From the NCBI GenBank assembly GCA_030295235.1, contig AP026137.1, forward strand, positions 868,001 through 932,000: a DNA stretch of 64,000 nt, written 5' to 3'. This DNA comes from Fistulifera solaris. Lineage: Eukaryota. The notes beneath the pieces were generated by a model. That model searched no databases. It worked only from the letters and a program-made list of their open reading frames with translations, and had not been told where the DNA came from. This document shows, one piece after another, positions 48,892 to 59,572 of the stretch (its first letter is position 1; each line of letters begins with the position of its first letter). Made by a program: the position numbers and the translations under genes.

Positions 48892-50660
48892 ATGAGCGGG
48901 AAGAAGCGGGGCGCGAAGGTAGCCCCCGGGGACGAGCTCAATGAGGATGCACAGGATATCATCAAACAAAACCTCGAAGTCATGTACGATATTGTCATGA
49001 AAATAAGAGAGGATGAAGAATTTGCGAAATCAATCTACGCCGATTGCCCGCGATTACAGCATATGCTGGAAAAACGACCCGATTTACGGCCCATCTTTGA
49101 GGATCAACGATTAGTCGCAATCAACTTTGAGCAAGTGTATCGAGAGGCGGGAGGTGTGTTACCGGAAGATGAAGAAGAGGAAGAGCTAAAGAAAAAGAAA
49201 ACGAACTACATAGCAATGATCGTCAACAGTCCATGCTTCAAGATTCTCAAAATCTTTCTCTTGTTCAAAAAGATCCTGGCGTGCATATTTGGAGGAGGAA
49301 TGGCGATCATGCTCAGTTTATGGAAATGTCTTTGTTGTTGCTGCGATGATCCTACGGACATGGTAGAGGATCCTGAGGACGAAATTGACGATGACGACGC
49401 GAACACAGCCAACAAAGAAGCGCTTTACCGAGCGGCTGATCACATGGAAGACCCGGAAGTCCAACAACAAATGAATCACTTGCTCGAGAATGATCCAGAT
49501 GGGCTTGCGGATGCTATTGAGGATGATCCAGAGTTACGCGAACTAAGAGACACCAATCCATTGTGCGCGGAACTCATGACTGACCCAGAAACAATGCGGA
49601 TATTGACGGAACCGGATAATCTTCGCGCCCTTGGGGACGCGCCTGCTTTGATTGAAGCCGACTTTAACGATCCCGACTGGACACCGCCGGTAGAAGATGT
49701 GGAAGCCGGCACCAGCTGTGGAGGTGCGGATCTTGCCGCCGCCGAAAGTAACACATTCGGAGGCCACGACAGCTTCCAAGGAGCAGAATATGCGACAGAC
49801 GATGGTGTAGAAGTTCCAATCGAAGACGATGTTGGAGATATTGAAGAAGAGGGTTCCCTCAATTTGGAAAAGAAGAAGAGCCAGCTGACGAGGAAGCGGG
49901 AGAAGAGGAAGAAGAAGAAATGGAGTTCGAGCTGGGTGAAGCAGAAAAACAAGACAACAATTGCAATGCGAATGCCCAGAACAAGCAGAATAAGCAACGG
50001 CAACGAGATCAACCAGTACAAGGCGGTTTCTTCGCTCAAGTTGGAGCCGGCATTACTGATATGATGGCAGCACAGCTGGTTGGTGTCGGTATCAGTGAAC
50101 TTGCTGGTCAAGACGATCCATTTGCCGGCCTCGAGCAAGCGGAAGGCGCAGCGGATTGTGGAGAAGGCATGGCAGAGAATGCTAATCAAGCTGCAGATAT
50201 GGCTGCGGTATCAGAGACACTTCTTGGCGAGGATATGGCAGCCAATATGGAAGCCGGGATCGATGAATTAGAAAGCGCGAATGACGCCACAGGTGGTCAG
50301 GGAGCGGCTGCGGCGGCAGGGGCTGGCGCAGCTGCCGGGGGTGTGGCGGCTGCTGGCGTTGCCGTATCAAGAGGGGCAGAAGACGGCGAAGGCGGCGAGG
50401 AAGGAGGAAAGAAGAAACGTTTTGGTGTAGTCGGTAACTGGGCCTCGGCAATTTCTTCTGCCGGCAAGGAATATTTTGCCTCAGCCTTGCTCGGTGATGA
50501 CTTGGGAGCATTAGTCGTCGAAAAGATCGAAGAGAAGGATAGTAACGACAACGACAAAAGTTTCAAGCTAGATGAAGAGACAGCAGCAATGGATTCTCTT
50601 GAAGAAGGACACACGTCCTCAAGACGGAGCCTCTTTTCATCGAAACGAAGTCTGCAATAG
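48892..50660 (+). CDS. Uncharacterised acidic protein with STI1/DP-like repeats and a hydrophobic, Cys-rich segment; frameshift near 49855
   Basis: EDPEVQQQM, DDPELREL and MTDPETMRIL repeats; CLCCCC after a hydrophobic stretch. Confidence 0.65.
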
Positions 50661-51059
50661 TCCTTCCAGTGGTTGAAACCAATGTTCGTTAGAGTTGTAA
50701 ATATAGACCCGCCTTAGGCATTTTCAAAAGTTTTCTCGGTGATTACTGGCATCTTATGAATATATTAGAGTTTGTGAGCACTTCGGCTGACATTTGGGTG
50801 CAATACTTAGTACTTAGACAGTCTCGGTATAAGTTGGGAAGTAAAACGTCCTACGCGCTCTCTAGGAGCCCTAGTCTATTCTCAGTGCGTGTCGTACGTG
50901 TACTGTCGCGGTGGGATATCATTTTCGCTTTCGAAAGAGGACGATGATGTTTGCGCGCGAGATGCGATTGCGTTCGACGTTCGATCACTTTCTCAACGAA
51001 GACCATTCACATCAATGACGCGTTCTTATTCATAATTGCAACTTTACCGCACCCACAAG

Positions 51060-51989
51060 ATGACAATCATTTCCACAAGACCCAGCTTTTCCATTCATTC
51101 ATCTTTATCTACTCTTGTCGACAAGTACGAAGGATTTATTATAGATCAATTCGGCGTCTTACACGATGGAACGAAAGGATTAGCAGGAGCCGCCGATGCG
51201 GTGCGTTTCCTCAAAGCCCGCGGAAAGAAACTCATCATTTTGTCGAATTCATCCAAATTAACCGACTTTACACTGCAAAAACTCCCCCAATTCGGTTTGC
51301 AACCCAGTGATTTCGTACACGCCGTGACGAGTGGACAAGAAGCCTGCGCGTACGTGAAGCAACAACACTTTCAACAACCGGCACTCTTTTTGACGTGGTC
51401 TTCTCAAAACGACGCGGATGTCTTCTTACAGGCTTGTGGGACGCCCGTTGTCACGCGTGTGGAAGAGGCCAAGTTTATTCTCTTGCATGGAGCCAGGCGT
51501 CTCTACGGGACGGATCTGGATTTGGAGCAATGTTATATGACGGGAGACTTGACCGTGGTGGAGCCACTATTGAAACAATGTGTCGAGCACCAGCTACCGA
51601 TGATCTGTGCCAATCCGGATTTTGTCATGGTTCGGACTGACGGAAAACTTGTTTACATGCCTGGGACGATTGCACAGCGTTACGAAGAATTGGGTGGGAA
51701 GGTTACGAGTTTCGGTAAACCGAATAAGGAACACTTTAAAGCGTGTTTGAGGGAACTCGAACTTCCAGCGGAGAAAGTTGTTCATGTTGGCGATTCGTTG
51801 CATCACGATATTATGGGGGCCAACGCCGCTGGCCTCGACAGTATTTTCGTAGCCGGAGGAGTGCATCGCCATGAACTGGACAATCGTCCCGGCGAAATGC
51901 CGTCACGTAAGTCATGTCTTGAATTGTTTGAACGACACGGTCAGTTTCCGACGCACGTGGTGCCTTTGTTTCGAATGGATGACAGCTGA
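51060..51989 (+). CDS. HAD-superfamily class IIA hydrolase
   Basis: IDQFGVLHDG; LSNSS; CANPD; GKP; VGDSLHHDIMGA. Confidence 0.92.
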   Translation: MTIISTRPSFSIHSSLSTLVDKYEGFIIDQFGVLHDGTKGLAGAADAVRFLKARGKKLIILSNSSKLTDFTLQKLPQFGLQPSDFVHAVTSGQEACAYVKQQHFQQPALFLTWSSQNDADVFLQACGTPVVTRVEEAKFILLHGARRLYGTDLDLEQCYMTGDLTVVEPLLKQCVEHQLPMICANPDFVMVRTDGKLVYMPGTIAQRYEELGGKVTSFGKPNKEHFKACLRELELPAEKVVHVGDSLHHDIMGANAAGLDSIFVAGGVHRHELDNRPGEMPSRKSCLELFERHGQFPTHVVPLFRMDDS

Positions 51990-52364
51990 TTGCTTTCAAT
52001 TAGCTTGCAACAAACTCGACTTCTGCCGCTATTCTACGATCCGCTGAAGCTAGCTTATACCATGAAACGCTAAGAATTGCCCTAACTAGAACATTTGCAG
52101 TTTACTGATGGAATTAGCAAGCTTTCCCTTTGTTTTAGGATAATTGTGTGTTTTATAGGCCAAGAATTTGCTCTCTTCTATACCATCGAAAGAATCATAC
52201 CAGGTATTCCAAGTTAACCGCATAAGGAGTTTCCATCTAACTCCGGCAGATGCATTACAGTTCTCAAGAAAACAATTGACCATCGCGATGGACCATCCAT
52301 CATTATTGCAAGACGGCGTGTAAAGTTAGCGTACACATTTAGCTGCATTTAGTTTTAGAAGTGA

Positions 52365-52625
52365 CACACGACTAAAAATGCAGTCGTGGTACTGTAGCTA
52401 TAAGAACCGCATGAACGTCTAGCAAGGCTCTTCGCCGTAGAATAAAATGGTTTGTAACGCAAACGCTGCTTAAGACTATTTCATTGCAACAAAAACAACT
52501 CGAGCTCAAGATATTTTGTTGAACGAACGAATTTTGGGCAGCATTGTCGCGCCAGAGAATATTGACTCATAACTGAAGTGCAGTCGTGGCGAATACGGAC
52601 AACACTATGGTCCATAGTAAATACG
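52365..52625. repeat. Family B copy, ~1.2 units
   Basis: TGCAGTCGTGG at ~52379 and ~52579; GCAAGGCTCTTCG..AAACGCTGCT..AGACTATTT..GAACGAACGAATT, as at 1500-1660. Confidence 0.85.
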
Positions 52626-52861
52626 AAAGACTTTCGACAATAATAAGGTTAGTAGATAATTCGTTGCGTCGGTTAGCTCTAACCGTACAGTACAAGTTGT
52701 TATTTTTACCGCGTTATTTTTTCGCCCGAAAAAAATGACGATGAAAAAATGAAGCGGTTACCTGGTACGGTACGGTACCGTACCATAACCATTAACCATT
52801 AACATCTGTCATCATCTCATTCCATTCTCTTTCTTGTGTTCATGCACCTTTCTAAGGCGTC

Positions 52862-53503
52862 ATGACCGCAGTTGCTGCTCAAAGTGAATACGAAATCACC
52901 CGTGCACAAAACATAGAACGCAACAATGCTCGATTGCGTGCACTCGGCTTGATTACGGAAGACGAAGAACGTCAGTCCAACGCTGCTGGCTGGGGAAAGC
53001 AATCGAAGCCCCTCAAGCAAGTTAACTCGCAATCTGCTTCTACTTCAAAGGAAAAGCAAAATAAGAAACGCCCATCTCCGTCTGCGGTGTCGGAAGGTCG
53101 CAAATCACGCCGCTTGTTGGGATTGCAAGCGGAGCATTCAACATCCACTGCAACACCCGCCGAATTGCAAGATCTTCCGATCATTCCCGTAGAACAGCGC
53201 CACCAGACACGACAAGAAGCTGCTTTACGCTACTATCAATCTTCCGACGACGCGACACAGAAAGCTGCGGCCGAAAATCCGACCGCGACCTACGAACATT
53301 GCTTGATGCGCATTCAAAGCATGACACACGCCGGTCTCGCCAAGCGCATCAAAGTCATGGAACGGGCCGCTGGAAAACATTGCGTAGTGAAAATGGCCAT
53401 CTTTGCCAAGTGTCTACAAGACGAAGGATTATCGGAATTGGCTGCTGACGCGAAGGAAGCATTGGAACGTTTGAAAGCGCTACAACCTCCCCCGGATTTA
53501 TGA
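52862..53503 (+). CDS. Hypothetical protein, probably nuclear
   Basis: 213-aa ORF; SEYE..R..NIERN...L.ALGL and RKSRRL motifs, common in nuclear proteins. Confidence 0.7.
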   Translation: MTAVAAQSEYEITRAQNIERNNARLRALGLITEDEERQSNAAGWGKQSKPLKQVNSQSASTSKEKQNKKRPSPSAVSEGRKSRRLLGLQAEHSTSTATPAELQDLPIIPVEQRHQTRQEAALRYYQSSDDATQKAAAENPTATYEHCLMRIQSMTHAGLAKRIKVMERAAGKHCVVKMAIFAKCLQDEGLSELAADAKEALERLKALQPPPDL

Positions 53504-53592
53504 AAACGCCGGATTTTTGAACAATAAATTACCAATGCTGGAAACGTTTATTACTTGCTTTGTATGATTTTAGACTAAACGTGTCGTAAGGA

Positions 53593-54727
53593 TTACATCA
53601 AACCAGCCGTTTCGTCAAATCCCAAAGCGATGTTCAAGTTCTGCACAGCCGCACCACTTGCGCCTTTGCCCAAATTGTCTAGGCGTGCCACCAATAACAC
53701 TTGCTGTTCTTCGTCGTTCGCAAAGACGAAAATTTGCAATTTATTGGTATTCGCTAAAGTATCCGCCGCCAGAAAGGCTCCTCGCTCGAGCAATCCACTT
53801 TCCTTGACGGCACTTTCACCCAGTGGCATGACCTCCACAAACGTCGATCCTTCGTAATGTTTTTGGTACGCCTCGTGTATCTTGGCACCCGTGACACCAG
53901 GAGCCATCCATGCGTAATGCAACGGAACGGAGACGACCATCCCTTGCGCAAAGGTGCCGACGGCGGGCTGAAAGATGGGCTTAGTACCCAACCCCGAATA
54001 CACACTCATTTCGGGAACATGCTTGTGTTTCAGCGATAAGCCGTACGTTCCCCATGGTTCATGCTTTTCGTTTTCGAAAATTTCCATGAGCTGCCTCCCA
54101 CCGCCACTGTATCCGGAAATCGCATTGACCGTCAATGGCGTGCCCTTGGGCAAGAGTCCGGCATCGACCAATGGACGCGTCAATCCGATGAAACCAGTAG
54201 GATAGCATCCCGGGTTGGCGATGCGTTTTGACGATTCCAATTTCGATCTCTGTTCTTTCGACATTTCGGGAAAGCCATAAACCCAGTCGTCGTTGACGCG
54301 AAAGGCCGTGCTGGCGTCAATGAGGACGGTGCTGTCGTTGTCGGGTTCGACCCACGAAGCAGCTTCGATCGACGCAGCATCGGGAAGGCCTGGAGTCACA
54401 GAAATGAGTAAGACTGGCAACCAACACATAGGTCTAACAAAGCCACATCCATATTAACTTACAGAGAATGACAGCGTCGGCTTCATTGATGAGTCTCTTC
54501 CGTGTCGCTTCGTCTTTTCGAAGGGCATCAGGTATACTTAAAATCTCCAAATCCTCACGAGCGCTCAACCGATCTCGCACTTGCAACCCAGTCGTTCCAG
54601 CTTCTCCATCAATGAACACTTTCTTTTTTGCCGACAAGAACGATGGTTCTCGGCGGACCGATCTCGACACAAAGGCGTGGCTCGTGGCTGCCAAGAAAGC
54701 ACACGTAGTCAGGGCGATCAGCTTCAT
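53593..54727 (-). CDS. argC: N-acetyl-gamma-glutamyl-phosphate reductase (type 2 ArgC), plastid-targeted; one intron
   Basis: Presequence [55 protein letters not shown]. Confidence 0.95.
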
Positions 54728-55124
54728 TATTACTTCTCTTCCTCTCTTAACAAATTGTTCAATGAGTGTGTAAAGAGAGATTTGTGGTCAAAATGGAAGT
54801 AAAAACAACGGAAAAAGGAGAAATTGCAACGATCTTTGACATCCAATCGACGACAAAGCGAAGGATCGGATTATTTTCGAAAGAGCGCAAACACAAAAAG
54901 TGCCAAAAGGTGAAGAAGAGTAGGTCTATAAAAAACGGAGTAGTCTTGCGTATCTTACCGGCAATGGCTCTCCCCTGCAATAACGCTTGGCATCAAAGTT
55001 TTATCGGCGGGATGATTGACGATTCGATGCAAAGACAATCTCATTAAAGCCATAAACGCTGTCACCTTCGTGCCAACAAACGATTATCAGCATCGAATTG
55101 AATGCATTTACGTGAAACGCATGA

Positions 55125-56480
55125 AAGATGCAACGCTTCGAATGTCTACGTAATTTCACGTAGCTCTCGTAAGGAAATTTATCGACAGAGGGCAACCCGA
55201 ATATTGTGTAAATTTCATGATACCATGTTTCGCGTTTGTTGGGCACCAATGTCAACAATACTCTGCCCAACATCACTAATGCATGCAATGAAACAGTAAT
55301 CGACTTTGGTTATTATTTACATGAAACAGTAGAAAGATAAAACGCTTTTAGTGTCTACGCGTATTTTACGTAGCAGCCGTAGGAAATTTATCTCTGCAGG
55401 GCAACCCGGAACTTGCATTTTTCGCCATCATTCAATTCTTGAAATTACAGTGCACGGGTGACTACGTTGCCTTGTCCACCGTATTCACTTCGTATCTAAA
55501 AGCATTAATGGTCTCCATTTGATAACAAAACGATGCTGGAACGAATGATGCCACGGTTCGAATGTCTACGTAATCCCACGTAGCCCTCGTAGGGAAATTT
55601 ATCGACAGAGGGGAAACCCGGATATTGTCTAATTTCGAACAAACCATCTTTCGCCTCTTTCGGGGACCAAAGTCAACAATACTTTGCGAGACATTGCTTA
55701 TGCGTGCCATGAAACAATAATTGACTCTGATTTGACTATAAAATTAAAACAGTAAAAAAATACAATGCTTCCAATGTCTACAGGTATTTCACGTAGCCGC
55801 CGTCCCCGTAGGAAATTTATCTCTGTAGGGGTACCCGGATATATGCATCAATTCGCCATCATCTAATTTGTGGATCTACAGCAAACAGGGGATAATGTTT
55901 CCTTGCCCACCGTGTTTGCATTGTATCATAAAGCAGTAATTGTTTCCAATTCGATAACAAAACGATGACAGAATGAATGATGCCACGGTTCGAATGTCTA
56001 CGTAATCCCACGTAGCCCTCGTAGGGGAAATTTATCGACAGAGGGGAAACCCGGATATTGTCTAATTTCGAACAAACCATCTTTCGCCTCTTTCGGGGAC
56101 CAATGTCAACAATACTTTGCGAGACATCGCTTATGCGTGCTATGAAACAGTAATCAGCAGTGTTTTATCATTTACATGAAACAGTAGAAAGAAAAAAAAC
56201 GCTTCCAGTGTCTACGCGTATTTGCGTAGCCGCGGTAGGAAATTTATCTGTGCAGGCTATCCCGGAGCTTGCATTTTTAGCATCATCCAATTCTTGGATT
56301 TACAGTGCACGGATGTCTACGTTGCCTTGTCTACCGTAATTACTTCGTATCGAAAAGCAGTATTTGTCTCCGATTTGATGACAAAACGTTGCTGGAACGA
56401 ATGATGTAACGCTTCGAATGTCTACGTAATCTCACGTAGCTCTCTTAGGGAAATTTATCGACAGAGGGCAACCCGGATGT
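55125..56480 (+). repeat. Family A array: 7 cores (1-2-1-2-1-2-1), ~210-218 bp period
   Basis: TTTATC anchors at ~55177, 55387, 55598, 55816, 56031, 56243, 56455; spacers closely match those of the 22.6-kb array. Confidence 0.93.
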
Positions 56481-56672
56481 AGAAATTTTTACGAGAAAGC
56501 TTTAAGATGGTACACTTTGGAAGTCTAGTTGAGATTCAAGTAAACGCCGTAGCCGCTTATTTTCTTCTAGATGTTTATCATCATGGTATTGACGATTGAT
56601 ATCGTTTAGCAGCTACAGTATGTCCTTTTTATGCTGTTCCATCGGCCAGTGGAGTGGCATCCTTCAACAAAG

Positions 56673-57786
56673 TCACAACCAACCACGTCTGGGCCTGTGC
56701 TTCAACACCAGAATGAAAAGCAAAATAAAGATTGTAATGGAAAGACAAATGATGCATCTCATAGGACGCGCTGACTTTTGATGTTTCTCGGCTTTTTCCA
56801 ATTGTTTAATACCAGTCTTTGTATGCTCAACGACAGCCTCCATGTTGTAGTCAATGCGATCCAAAATAGTTCCTTGATCAATGACGAGCACGGCCAACTC
56901 TTTAAAGATAGTTCCCAACTCTTCAATACTCTGTGCAATCTTGACTATCTCTTGATCACGCGACTGCACTGCCGCTGTCAGATCATCGACAACCGCCATT
57001 TGTTGTGTCGTAAAGAAATCCCCCGATTCGGCACCGAGATCGAGTCCTCCTAGATCGGGCGCCAAACCACCACTCTTTTGTGTTTGAACTTCCGCTAAAT
57101 ATTTGCGCTGCGACTGGCGAAACGCCAATGACTGCTCTTGCAAGCGCTTTGCGAGACTAACAGATCAATCATGAGAAAAAGAACAGTTCGCCATTTCATT
57201 ACACCGATTGCCGTTGACGATGCTACGTACCTCCGTTGAACATTGGCTCCCACCATGGCTTCTTCTCCACCCACGCGGCGCGTCGCCATTCCCACTTTTT
57301 GCAAAAGTCGTTCGGCATATCGAAATTGATCCGTGAGATCTTGCGTGTAGCGTTCAATTTTGCCCTCCATATTTTGCAAATCTTTGCCAAAGACGGAACC
57401 GACACGCTGTGCGTGCATCGATTTCAACTGCTCCATCATGCTGCTAATTTCCGTCAGGCATCCTTCGACCGCCTGCACGTCATTGACCCACGCCGGTGGC
57501 TGACCCATCGCAGTCATTTGAATTCCTTCTTCTGCCAACATCAAATCATGACCACCCGCAGTGAGTTTCTTGTACGAATTATCCGCTTTGCTCGGACTAC
57601 CGCCTGCAGCGGCGACATGACAAGGAATGAAAAAAAATTAAAATAATTGATGTCATGATGTGAATGAGGAGAGGCCGATGCACTTTCAAAGACGAGAGTA
57701 TGAAACGACGACTCACCCAATGTCCTCTTTCGCATCACAGCCGAACGGCGCTCCAAAAACGCCGAAGTGAGATCTCGAGACGCCAT
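56673..57786 (-). CDS. STX16: Syntaxin-16/Tlg2 (Qa-SNARE); 2 introns
   Basis: MASRDLT..F N-peptide; PPAWV; IFKELAVLVIDQGTILDRIDYN; C-terminal transmembrane segment. Confidence 0.92.
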
Positions 57787-58420
57787 GATTGCCTTATTCA
57801 ACGAGGTTTTACGGAATACAATGAAAAGAATGGGATAACAAATACGGAGTGACAATACAAGTAATAACGCGTCTATCGTTTTGGATAGACCTAATAATAC
57901 CAGTATAATAAAAGCGCGCTCGTGTGCTCGCGACGATAGCATCGCACCGTGACCAATTTTACTATTGTTCAGAGAGTAGTCTTGGCTGACTGATTATCAG
58001 TCCCGGCTACTATCGACCTCATTAATTTAGCTGCACTATCCTAGGAGCTGCTTTCGACCCATGAATTGTTACTTAGCGATCTATGATCCTGTTAGTGCAG
58101 TATTGACTTTATCGGAATGATCAGCGCCAAACCTTTTTGGGTTTGCATTAGACTTTCCGTGGGCTCACTGATCCAACCTAACCTAAAATTATTTCAGGTC
58201 TCATCGAACATCAGTAGATCCCGTCATAACAGATTACTACCAGCTATAGGATCTATATTTAGAGATACTTAGACGTATAAGCAACTTCTTCTGACTGCGC
58301 CTGCACCAGTGTTATTACTGAATCAAATCGAAGTGCACACAAGTTATAGCTCTCCTCCCTTGAACTGCTCGTTTCTTAAAAAAATACATTCCAAGTATTG
58401 CCATTCGTCTACAGTCCCGC

Positions 58421-59254
58421 TCATTTCTTACCAGCACTCTTTCGTACCGAAAATCCCGAAGTATTGTGTTCATTGTTCGACTTGACCTTCTTCTTGGTAT
58501 TGTCATATTTTGGTTTGCGTCGATTCGCTCTCCGGCGCTCCGAATTGAGCGGATGACGATGCTGACTTGACTCACCCTTTGCTCTCCGTTCCGCGGCTTC
58601 TTTTTGCAACCGTTTTTGTTCTTCTCTTCTCATTCGTTCTTCTGGAGTAAGGGAATCCCAGTTGGCCGAACTTTTGCGTCGTCGTTTCGAAGATGGTTCT
58701 TCCGTGACCACCGTTTCATTCTTTTTCGTGCTGGGTTCTTCTTTTTCTTCCAGCGTTTTTCGGGCTTCTTCTTTCACCGCTGCAGTGTCGCCTGTTCGTT
58801 CTAAGAGACGAGTCAATGTGCGGCGTTGCTTGGAACTGAGCTTTTCTAACATAGCATCGAGTTCTGCGTCCTGCTCCGCTTTAGTGGGATTGTTATCGGT
58901 CGTGCTAGGAATATTATTCATGCTTTCTGGTTGTATGCCTTTGTCTGCTTTCTCATTAGGATCTTCAGCTGTTGCTTTCTCGTCGTCGTTGTTTTGATGC
59001 ATCGGTTCTTTGCCGTCGTTGTCGACAATTTCTTCATCAGTAGATTGTTGCTGTATATCTACTACAACGGTATCACTCGCCTCAGTTCCTCCTGGATTCC
59101 GTTCCCGATATCGCTGTATCATTCGACGTTGTTTCGCATTCCATGTAGACGGATCCTTCTTCAAGAGTTCTTCGACGACTGGATCGGATTGAAAGACGGT
59201 ACGTTCCTCTTTCGGAGGTTCGACCTTTCGTTTGCGCGACGCGAACAATTTCAT
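58421..59254 (-). CDS. Hypothetical charged, low-complexity protein
   Basis: 277-aa ATG-led ORF rich in K/R/E. Confidence 0.7.
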   Translation of the reverse strand: MKLFASRKRKVEPPKEERTVFQSDPVVEELLKKDPSTWNAKQRRMIQRYRERNPGGTEASDTVVVDIQQQSTDEEIVDNDGKEPMHQNNDDEKATAEDPNEKADKGIQPESMNNIPSTTDNNPTKAEQDAELDAMLEKLSSKQRRTLTRLLERTGDTAAVKEEARKTLEEKEEPSTKKNETVVTEEPSSKRRRKSSANWDSLTPEERMRREEQKRLQKEAAERRAKGESSQHRHPLNSERRRANRRKPKYDNTKKKVKSNNEHNTSGFSVRKSAGKK

Positions 59255-59572
59255 TTCTTAGCGGTATAAATGAGGGGAACGAAATATGACGGTAAGGTTG
59301 GTTAGTGTTGTTCGCTTGGGCGGTTTTTGTTGAACGAAGGAAAGAAAGAAAATAAAAAGGTGCAACACTTTTTTGATGGCGGAGGACAGGCGTCTGTCCT
59401 GCATCCGGAAGACGAAAGTTGCACCCGCCGCCCATCGATCGCGCATTATTCTTCGCCATCATTTCCACGACATCATCTCACGAAAAGGAAAGCGACGAGA
59501 AGCTCAAGAAACGAAACCTTACCTATCAGTACACGACAATTTTAAACTCATAGCAGTAAATTATTTGAGAGA

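Noticed and set aside
55125..56480. Family A arrays as CRISPR-like repeat-spacer arrays
   Set aside because: Spacers are ~150 bp and homologous to each other in alternation rather than unique; there are no cas genes; the context is eukaryotic.
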